A DNA stretch of 64,000 bases from positions 22-64,021 of the forward strand of contig JAAZHX010000216.1 in the NCBI GenBank assembly GCA_012510495.1, read 5' to 3'. The translations under genes were made by a program, and so were the position numbers. Origin of the DNA: Smithella sp. (GTDB lineage: Bacteria; Desulfobacterota; Syntrophia; Syntrophales; Smithellaceae). The notes beneath the pieces were generated by a model. That model had not been told where the DNA came from. It made no database searches and saw only the letters and a program-made list of their open reading frames with translations. The first letter of the stretch is position 1. The number at the start of each line of letters is the position of its first letter. Below are positions 54,106-64,000 of the stretch, piece after piece.

Positions 54106-54981
54106 ATGGAAAACATCATTTACAGAGGTGTGCTGACCAACATCGGCAAACTGTCTTTTTTGTCCGGTAACGACGGCAGCCGACAGCTGGAAGGCGAAAA
54201 AATCTGGAGCGGGTATGTGACGCACTGGAGCGGGAAGAAGGTATGCGCCCGCAAACTTCCGCAAATCGATTATGAAACAGGCAAACCCGTCATTCTCCTG
54301 TGGCCGGATGCGCCTGTTCCTGATGCCTCCCTTGTCGAACTCTACTTCAATGAACGGCTCGTGAAATACCCCTTTTCGTTTCTGGGGCATCTGGCCGTTC
54401 TGGCGAACGGGAAAGTCTTCAACTTTTCTCATTGGATGAACGAGAATGAGGCCATGAGTCCGGAAGAATATTTTTTCCGGCCGGCGCTGGGCGAATTCGC
54501 GCCGGATCCGGCGAGCGGACGCGATAATCTGGACGATCTTCAAAAGCCCTACTACGACAAGTTCGGCAGGCTTTTCATGCGGAACATCCACGTGCTGAAA
54601 ATTTCCGGCCTTGACACGCGCAGGCTTTCCGGGTTTTTTTTCACCGAACTGGAAAAAATCCACAGTACGCCGCCCGACCCGAAAGAGCCGGGCAAGTACC
54701 GGGGTTTTCATGTCCTGACCAGGAGCTGTGACACCATTATCCGCGATGGATTTCAAAGCCTGGGATTCAAGAAGATCAGCGGCATCTTCCCCCGGGATCT
54801 GTTCGTCAGTATGGCTTATTTCTTTTTAAAACACCCCCGGCAGCCGAACATACAGACCTCCCTTCATCTGCTCCGGCAGCTTCAGGTTCCCGAGGCCGCC
54901 CCCAGTGCCATGCCGCCGTTGCTGAATCCGCGAAACAGGCTCCGGCACAGAACTCTCAGAAAAAAAGTGACGTCCCCGTAA
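54106..54981 (+). CDS. Hypothetical protein
   Basis: 291-aa ORF with coding-like composition. No recognised motif. Confidence 0.55.
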   Translation: MENIIYRGVLTNIGKLSFLSGNDGSRQLEGEKIWSGYVTHWSGKKVCARKLPQIDYETGKPVILLWPDAPVPDASLVELYFNERLVKYPFSFLGHLAVLANGKVFNFSHWMNENEAMSPEEYFFRPALGEFAPDPASGRDNLDDLQKPYYDKFGRLFMRNIHVLKISGLDTRRLSGFFFTELEKIHSTPPDPKEPGKYRGFHVLTRSCDTIIRDGFQSLGFKKISGIFPRDLFVSMAYFFLKHPRQPNIQTSLHLLRQLQVPEAAPSAMPPLLNPRNRLRHRTLRKKVTSP

Positions 54982-55023
54982 AAAGTCATTAGGGAGAGCC
55001 TGACGTGGATGAGTCAAGACATC

Positions 55024-55059
55024 TTCTGATCCCCTCAGGTTTTGATGAGGGGATCAGAA
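55024..55059. terminator. Strong hairpin between convergent genes
   Basis: 14-bp perfect stem TTCTGATCCCCTCA / TGAGGGGATCAGAA with an 8-nt loop. It lies immediately downstream of the lon stop and of the 54106 gene. Confidence 0.6.
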
Positions 55060-55062
55060 AAG

Positions 55063-57537
<2,475 letters not shown>

Positions 57538-57571
57538 TGTAACCTCCTGTTGCCGCCCCGGTCGTCGCGGG

Positions 57572-58012
57572 CTATTTTTCTAAAATGACCGACACGCGCT
57601 GCGTCTTGCTGACCGGCAGCTTTTTCATCCGCACCATCAGAATGCCGTCGGCATAAGAGGCGACGGAAGACTGCGCGTCCACAAGCGCCGGCAGGGCAAC
57701 GCTTCTTTCGAAATATCCGTGCGGAATTTCCGCCTGGCGATACCGGGCATTTTGCAAAAGCTGAACGCCTTTGCGAATGCCGGAAATTTTTATTTTAAGG
57801 CGATTCACTTCAATATGCAGATCTTCTTTGTTCAGTCCCGCCATATCGGCCAGCACCATCACTTCGTCTGCCGATTCGCACACATCAACGCCGGGACGCC
57901 AGATGCATTCATAATTTTTGAAGGCCGGGTGAACCAAATGGAAAACTTCGTCCACCGCTTTCTGAAATTCGTCTTCAAAATTACCGCCGAAATTAATTTT
58001 GATGTAGGTCAT
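57572..58012 (-). CDS. Hsp20/alpha-crystallin small heat-shock protein
   Basis: Alpha-crystallin domain (RSVALPALVD...ASYADGILMVRMKK). Confidence 0.9.
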   Translation of the reverse strand: MTYIKINFGGNFEDEFQKAVDEVFHLVHPAFKNYECIWRPGVDVCESADEVMVLADMAGLNKEDLHIEVNRLKIKISGIRKGVQLLQNARYRQAEIPHGYFERSVALPALVDAQSSVASYADGILMVRMKKLPVSKTQRVSVILEK

Positions 58013-58051
58013 TTCCCACGCCTCTCGGATTCGTTTTTTAACTACGCCGAA

Positions 58052-58080
58052 AGTATAGTGATTCAGGGGTGATTTGTAAA
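58052..58080 (-). promoter_or_regulatory. Sigma-70-like promoter for hsp20
   Basis: The minus strand reads TTTACA, 17-nt spacer, TATACT. Confidence 0.5.
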
Positions 58081-58285
58081 GGCCGGGGTGGAGATGGTGG
58101 ATGGGCGATGGGCGATGAGCGGAGGGAAACCCTTTAAAAAAATCGCTGGTTTAATGAGCGATATTTTGTTATGGAGCAGCACGTTTTGTAAATAAATACA
58201 TCTTTTCAGGGACTTCCCGCCGGTTGCGCTTCCTGCCGCCGGAATCCCGGACGCGCCCGGAAAACTTCATTATAAAAAGAGAAGC

Positions 58286-60103
58286 ATGAAGAAAGATCAT
58301 TTAAGAAACGTCGCCATCATCGCCCACGTTGACCACGGCAAGACCACGCTGCTCAACGCCATGCTCAAGCAGACCGGCGTCTTTCGCTCGCACCAGGCGG
58401 TGGAAGACCGCGTGATGGATTCCATGGCTCTGGAAAAGGAGCGCGGCATCACGATTGCGGCGAAAAATACGGCCGTCGAATACCGGGGCGTCAAAATCAA
58501 CATTGTGGACACCCCGGGACATGCCGATTTCGGCGGCGAAGTCGAACGCAGCCTCAACATGGTGGACGGCGCCATACTGCTGGTGGACGCCAGCGAAGGG
58601 CCCCTTCCCCAGACCCGCTTCGTTTTAAAAAAAGCGCTGGCCCGCCGCCTGCCGATCATTCTCGTCATCAACAAGATTGACCGGCCGGACGCGCGCATCG
58701 GGGAAGTCATCTCCGAAACCTATGATCTCTTTATTGATCTGGACGCCGAAGAACGGCAGATTGAGTTCCCGATTCTCTACACCAACGCCAAAACCGGCGT
58801 AAGCCACAAAACCCCGGGTGACGACAGCTCCGATCTGCAACCGCTTTTGCAGACGATTCTTGAAGCCATCCCCGCCCCCGCGGGCGACGACGGCGCCAAT
58901 ACGCAGTTTCTGGTGACCAATCTGGATTACGATCCCTACATCGGCCAGATCGCCGTGGGCCGCCTGCAGGCCGGACGGCTGGAAATGAACAGGCCCTACA
59001 GCCTCTGCGCCGGAGACAGGATCGTCCCCGGCGTAAAATTCTCCGCGCTTTATACGTTTTACGGACTGACCCGAAAACCGGTCGCTTCCGCGGAGTCGGG
59101 AGACATTCTCGCGTTGGCCGGCGTGGAAAACGTCACCATCGGCGACACGATTTCGTCGGAAGGCCATCCGGAGGCCCTGCCCCGGCTGATGGTGGATGAA
59201 CCGACCGTTTCCATGATCTTTTACGTCAACGACGGACCCTTTGCCGGCAGGGAAGGCAAGTATCTGACGTCCCGCCATCTTCTGGAAAGACTCGAAAAGG
59301 AAGCGCTGCGCAATGTGGCGGTCCGGATCAAAAAGCTCAACCGTACCGACGCATTTGAAGTGTGCGGGCGGGGTGAGCTGCAGATGGCCGTCCTGATTGA
59401 AACCATGCGCCGCGAAGGGTTCGAAATGACCGTATCCAAACCGCAGGTCATCACCCGGAGAGAGGACGGCAAAATTCTTGAACCCGTGGAACGTCTGTTT
59501 CTAGACATCCCCGAAGAGTTCGTGGGCCGGACGACGGAAAAGCTTTCTATCCGCAAGGGAAGACTGGAAAGCCTGGTCAACAAAGGCAGCGGCCGCGTCA
59601 GTATGGAATTTCTGATACCCTCGCGGGGCCTCATCGGATTTCGGGACCAGTTTCTGACCGATACGAAAGGCGGCGGCGTGATGAATTCCCTTTTGGAAGA
59701 CTATGCGCCGTGGTTCGGCGCTATTCCCCAGCGCAACACGGGCGTTCTGGTGGCCGACCGACCCGGCCGCGTAACGGGCTATGCCAGCTACGCCATGGAA
59801 GACCGCGGCGAAATGCTCGTCGATATCGGAACGGAGGTTTACGCGGGCATGATCGTGGGTGAACGCAACCGTTCGCAGGACCTCAACGTCAACATCGTCA
59901 AGGAAAAAAGACTCACCAACATGCGGGCGTCCACCTCGGACGCCACAGTGATCCTGCGGCCGCCGCGAATTCTGTCGCTCGACCAGGCCATCGAGTTCAT
60001 CGCTGAAGACGAACTGGTGGAAGTGACCCCGCAAAGCGTGCGCCTGCGCAAGATGGAGCTCGACGCCACCCGCCGCCAGATGAAAGCCCGCCGGGAAGAG
60101 TAG
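58286..60103 (+). CDS. typA: Translational GTPase TypA/BipA
   Basis: G-domain motifs [17 protein letters not shown] and NKID, with a BipA-specific C-terminal domain. Confidence 0.95.
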   Translation: MKKDHLRNVAIIAHVDHGKTTLLNAMLKQTGVFRSHQAVEDRVMDSMALEKERGITIAAKNTAVEYRGVKINIVDTPGHADFGGEVERSLNMVDGAILLVDASEGPLPQTRFVLKKALARRLPIILVINKIDRPDARIGEVISETYDLFIDLDAEERQIEFPILYTNAKTGVSHKTPGDDSSDLQPLLQTILEAIPAPAGDDGANTQFLVTNLDYDPYIGQIAVGRLQAGRLEMNRPYSLCAGDRIVPGVKFSALYTFYGLTRKPVASAESGDILALAGVENVTIGDTISSEGHPEALPRLMVDEPTVSMIFYVNDGPFAGREGKYLTSRHLLERLEKEALRNVAVRIKKLNRTDAFEVCGRGELQMAVLIETMRREGFEMTVSKPQVITRREDGKILEPVERLFLDIPEEFVGRTTEKLSIRKGRLESLVNKGSGRVSMEFLIPSRGLIGFRDQFLTDTKGGGVMNSLLEDYAPWFGAIPQRNTGVLVADRPGRVTGYASYAMEDRGEMLVDIGTEVYAGMIVGERNRSQDLNVNIVKEKRLTNMRASTSDATVILRPPRILSLDQAIEFIAEDELVEVTPQSVRLRKMELDATRRQMKARREE

Positions 60104-60137
60104 TCCCCGCGGGCTTCCGTCTGCCGAAAATTGCGCC

Positions 60138-61826
60138 CTAAACCATCATCTGCTTTTTCAATTCGCGCTTCAAGATTTTGCCCACGCCGCTTGTGGGAAG
60201 CTCGTCCATGAACTCGATCACGCGCGGCACCTTGTAGGAGGCCACGTGCTCCTTGAGGTAGGCGCGGATTTCTTCTTTTTTGGCATCGGTTTTTCCCACG
60301 CCTTCATGGAGAACAATGGCGCAGGCCACGCGCTCCGATCCCGGACGCTCAGGATCGGGCAGGCCGATGGTTGCCGCCATCTGCACATCACGGTGTTTGA
60401 CCAGAATTTCGTCAAGCTCCCGGGTGAAAACCTTGAATCCGGACACGATCACCATATCCTTCACCCGGTCCACCAGGTAAAAGTAACCGTCTTCGTCCAT
60501 CTTCGCCACGTCTCCGGTATGCATCCACCCGTCCCGAACGGCGTTGGCAGTCTCCTCGGGCTTGTTGAAATACTCCCGCATGAGCTGCGGTCCGCGGATG
60601 ACGATCTCACCCGGTTCTCCCTGCGCCACGGGCTTCCCGGCTGCCGTGTCGATGAGCTGAACCTCGGTGTCGGGAAACGGCATGCCGACGGACGCCGGTT
60701 TTTTCCTGCCCTTGAGGGGGTTGCAAATCATTACCGGCGACATCTCCGTCATGCCGTAGAGTTCAATGAAATTTCCCTCGCCGATAATCGCCTCGAGCTC
60801 TTTGATGTTCTCCGCCGGGAACGGCGCGGCGGCGCTCATGCACCATTTGAGATGTCCTTTCAGATCGAGCGCTTTGAATCCGGGATTTTTCAGCAGTTCA
60901 AAAAAGACCGTGGGGACGTTCACGAAGAAGGTGGGACGGTATTTTTTCATCGCTTCGATGATAAAGCTTGTATCGCGCGGATTGGGCACGCAGATCTGGG
61001 TCACCCCCCGGGTCAGCGTGAATCCGCCAAGGGCAAGTCCCGCAATATGAAAAAGGGGAAAGGCGGAAAGAGCGATATCCTCCGGCTCGATGTCTAACCA
61101 GGCCAGGGTCTGCTGGCGATTGCTCAGGTAGCTTCGCTGGGTAAGCAGGGCCCCTTTGGCCGGGCCGGTGGTGCCTCCCGTGTACATCATGAAGATGGCG
61201 TCGTCGAATTTGCGCTTGACCGCCACGGGGTCTTTGGGCATTTCCTTCATGACCTCCATGAAGCGCATAACGGTCTTCCCGGGGACCGGATTCACCTCCG
61301 CCGTGGGAATTTTTTTCAAAAGCTTCCCCAGCACACGTTTCACGCCGGGCAAAAAGTCGGCAATCTCCGACACGATCACGGTCGAGAAGGGCGCTTGATC
61401 GGCCACCTCCGCTATTTTGGAATAGAGCACATCCACTGTAAGAACAATCTTCGTCTCCGAATCCGAAAGCTGGTGCGCCATCTCATGCACCGTCAGGAGC
61501 GGAGACAATCCCGTGGTGATGCATCCGGCCTTTTGCGCCGCCAATACGGCGATGTAGTGCGCCGGAATATTGGGCATATGCAGCCCCACGACATCATCCG
61601 GCTTCAGGCCGTTTTTGATGAAAAAATGGGCGAGCTGATTGGACAGAACATCAACATCCCGGAAAGTCAACGACCGCCCCATGTAAATGAGGGCGGTCTT
61701 ATCGGGATACCTGGCGACAATTTCCGAAAATAACTCTGTAAAACTTTTCTCCTCATACCGGAGCGCGGGTGGAACATGTTGGTCGTAATTTTTCAACCAC
61801 GGCTTTTCCAAATACACATTGCCCAT
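60138..61826 (-). CDS. fadD: Long-chain fatty acid--CoA ligase (AMP-binding family)
   Basis: AMP-binding motif YTGGTTGPAKGA, GYGMTE-like YGMTE, TGD, and the C-terminal GKILKRELK. Confidence 0.85.
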   Translation of the reverse strand: MGNVYLEKPWLKNYDQHVPPALRYEEKSFTELFSEIVARYPDKTALIYMGRSLTFRDVDVLSNQLAHFFIKNGLKPDDVVGLHMPNIPAHYIAVLAAQKAGCITTGLSPLLTVHEMAHQLSDSETKIVLTVDVLYSKIAEVADQAPFSTVIVSEIADFLPGVKRVLGKLLKKIPTAEVNPVPGKTVMRFMEVMKEMPKDPVAVKRKFDDAIFMMYTGGTTGPAKGALLTQRSYLSNRQQTLAWLDIEPEDIALSAFPLFHIAGLALGGFTLTRGVTQICVPNPRDTSFIIEAMKKYRPTFFVNVPTVFFELLKNPGFKALDLKGHLKWCMSAAAPFPAENIKELEAIIGEGNFIELYGMTEMSPVMICNPLKGRKKPASVGMPFPDTEVQLIDTAAGKPVAQGEPGEIVIRGPQLMREYFNKPEETANAVRDGWMHTGDVAKMDEDGYFYLVDRVKDMVIVSGFKVFTRELDEILVKHRDVQMAATIGLPDPERPGSERVACAIVLHEGVGKTDAKKEEIRAYLKEHVASYKVPRVIEFMDELPTSGVGKILKRELKKQMMV

Positions 61827-62022
61827 AGAACCCTCCTTTTGAAAGATAGTGAGAAACGGTTTCCAATACGGTGACGCTTTACTGCAAAAAGATTTGTCTT
61901 GTGCTGCAATAAACGTGGAACGTCACGCGCGACCGATCCATGATGGGACGGCCCCTTTTCACAATCACACTGACGCAGATTAGGAAGACGGGCTAAGGGC
62001 ACCCGTTTATTTGATTGGGTAT

Positions 62023-63069
62023 CTAAAACTTTTTCTTAAGACTTTTGGAGCCGCCGGCAAAAATCCGGGACAGCGCCCATTTTTTGCGCTTTTTCCAGCT
62101 TCCCTTGTGATAGGCGTAGCTGGCCAGCAGAGGCAAAACGGTGGTGGCTTCCGCGTAAACCATCTGTTCGCAGGAGGAATCCACCTTGCCCCAGGAATTG
62201 GCTTCCTTGAGCGTGGAGCTGGAACAGGCGCCGTCGCGGACATCCGCCACGGTAATCTGGACGGCGTATTTGTGCATGTCAACGTCATGCCCGAGAATCT
62301 CAGCGCAAACGACAGTATCCTGAGCGAAGTTTTTCGGGACCCCGCCGCCGATCATCAAAAGCCCGGTAGTTCCGGCCTTGATTTTAATTTCGGTCAACTC
62401 CCGGAAGTCTTTGACGGAATCGATGGACAGGTGGTTGTCCGGGTGCTCCACCTGGTGCAGCACCAGACCAAAACCCGCGGAGCTGTCCGAAAACGCGGGG
62501 CAAAAAATCGGCACATCATTTTCGTAGGCTGTCTGCACCAGATAATTTTTCTTTTTGGCGTTTTTTGTCAGGTATTTACCCATTTCGGCGATGAATTCCC
62601 GGGACGAATAAGGGCGGGGTTCCAGCATGTCGGCAATTTTCTTGATGGTTTTGTCACAATGCTGCAAATCGTCTTCGCTGATGAATGTGTCATAGATGCG
62701 GTCGATATACAGGCTGCGCAGCAGCTTGTCATCGACAAACGGCGTTCCCTGATAATGTTTGAAGCCCAGCGCCTCAAAGAAATCCATATCCACTATCGAC
62801 GCGCCGGTTGCCACAATGGCATCCACCATGTTGTTTTTCACCAGTTCCGCATACACCTGCATGCAGCCCGCCGCGCTGGTGGAGCCGGCCAGCGTCAGAA
62901 TCACCGCGCAGTTTTTCTCTTTGAGCATCCGGTCGTAAATGTCGGCTGCTGAGGCCAGGTCGCGCGCGGAGAAGGACATTTTCTTCATGGCCCTGATCAT
63001 GTCCACGGCATTGATTTTCGTGATGTCGATGTGCTGAACGGGCTTATTTAATAAATCCTTCTTCTTCAT
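62023..63069 (-). CDS. Deoxyhypusine synthase-like protein
   Basis: DHS-family pattern (TLAGSTSAAG, DAIVATGASIVDMDFFEALG, GGGVPKNF). Confidence 0.85.
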   Translation of the reverse strand: MKKKDLLNKPVQHIDITKINAVDMIRAMKKMSFSARDLASAADIYDRMLKEKNCAVILTLAGSTSAAGCMQVYAELVKNNMVDAIVATGASIVDMDFFEALGFKHYQGTPFVDDKLLRSLYIDRIYDTFISEDDLQHCDKTIKKIADMLEPRPYSSREFIAEMGKYLTKNAKKKNYLVQTAYENDVPIFCPAFSDSSAGFGLVLHQVEHPDNHLSIDSVKDFRELTEIKIKAGTTGLLMIGGGVPKNFAQDTVVCAEILGHDVDMHKYAVQITVADVRDGACSSSTLKEANSWGKVDSSCEQMVYAEATTVLPLLASYAYHKGSWKKRKKWALSRIFAGGSKSLKKKF

Positions 63070-63142
63070 GGCCTCATCAATCCCCTGCTGTTTGTCCTGA
63101 ATGATTTTGGTATTAAATCACGGCGTCTGAAAAGTCAACCTG

Positions 63143-64000
63143 TTATGGTTGTTGCGGTTGCTTTTTCTCTTTCTGGTTTCTTGACCGCAGCCTTTTATTC
63201 GGGCGCTGGGGTTTCGGCTTCGGTTTCGGCCCGGCCGCTCCCGCTTCCTCCGCGTCATCCGCCGCAGGTTGCGCGGGCGGCGTATGCAGAGACTGCTGGT
63301 AGTAATCGTCAAGCAGCATGGTGATGATGGCCAGCTCATCTTCGGACTGTGCCAGACTGCGCGCCAGCGGCTTAAAGCGCTGCATGCGCTCGATCTGGAG
63401 GTTGTCGCGGCCGCGCAGACGCGCCTCCAGAAGGGCGATGATCCTTTCGGTCACCACCCGCTCCAGCTCCTCATCGCCGGGCAGGGAACGTTCTTCCATG
63501 GCAATATTGTAAAAACGCGCAATGCTTTGGATCTTGAATTTTTCCATTTCCGCGACGAGCGAAATGGCCACGCCGCTGGACCCCATCCTTCCGGTGCGGC
63601 CTGCCCGGTGAATGTAAGCCTCCGGGTCCTCCGGCGGCTCGTACTGAAATACATGCGACAAATCGGGAATGTCAATGCCCCGCGCCGCCACATCGGTGGC
63701 CACCAGAAAGCGCAGCGCGCCGCGCCGCACCCGCGCCATCACTTTTTCCCTCGCGCTCTGGGCCAAATCCGAGCTGAGTTCATCCGCGTCGTATCCGAAG
63801 CGCTTCAGGACGACGGACAGGTAATGGACCGTGTCTTTCGTGTTGCAGAAGATAATGGCCGAGGCCGGATTTTCGATTTCAAGAATCCTTACCAGCGAGC
63901 GCTCCTTGCGCATCCCCGGCACCAGGTAATAAATGTGCTGGCTTTCCGCGATATGCACTTCGTTGCCGCTTAAACTCAGCAGTTCGGGATCGCGCAAAAA
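63143..64000 (-). CDS. DEAD-box RNA helicase, C-terminal part (gene continues past the window end)
   Basis: Helicase C motifs (ATDVAARGIDIP, HRAGRTGR) and a basic C-terminal tail. The frame is open to position 64000. Confidence 0.85.
   Translation of the reverse strand, partial: FLRDPELLSLSGNEVHIAESQHIYYLVPGMRKERSLVRILEIENPASAIIFCNTKDTVHYLSVVLKRFGYDADELSSDLAQSAREKVMARVRRGALRFLVATDVAARGIDIPDLSHVFQYEPPEDPEAYIHRAGRTGRMGSSGVAISLVAEMEKFKIQSIARFYNIAMEERSLPGDEELERVVTERIIALLEARLRGRDNLQIERMQRFKPLARSLAQSEDELAIITMLLDDYYQQSLHTPPAQPAADDAEEAGAAGPKPKPKPQRPNKRLRSRNQKEKKQPQQP

Overview
This is a GC-rich bacterial chromosomal segment. Its gene content (Sec-containing SelD, sigma-54 two-component system, rubrerythrin-like proteins, short MetH, TrpB2) suggests an anaerobic Desulfobacterota-like organism; that assignment is inference only.

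Positions 1-4203 look like the distal end of an integron gene-cassette array. It has five attC-like sites and visibly AT-richer single-strand cassettes: a GNAT acetyltransferase, a DUF998-like membrane protein, a nucleoside phosphorylase plus an Lnu/LinF-like nucleotidyltransferase, and an orphan ORF. The integrase and attI would lie left of the window.

The rest is mostly housekeeping:
- metH, pyrE, an M16 protease, ddl
- an mlaE-F-D-C-A lipid-transport operon in which MlaF carries a degenerate GGDEF domain
- selD (in-frame UGA) in an operon with a DHH phosphoesterase and a GalT-type transferase
- thrC, a fused CdaA-YbbR, plsC, an NtrC-type two-component pair, rarA, trpB2
- catalase, a Pif1-WYL helicase, lexA, an oligopeptide-type binding protein
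- lon, hsp20, typA, fadD, a deoxyhypusine-synthase-like gene and a partial DEAD-box helicase

The most interesting non-obvious signals are:
1. The cassette array itself.
2. A 69-codon ORF with an in-frame TGA at a conserved Cys position, a candidate new selenoprotein.
3. A 19-codon Trp-Trp-Trp leader peptide plus intrinsic terminator in front of trpB2.
4. A sigma-54 promoter, palindromic upstream sites and a terminator that define a roughly 130-nt candidate sRNA next to the two-component system.
5. Several short gene relics scattered through intergenic regions.

All calls come from reading the sequence and translations. No database searches were run.
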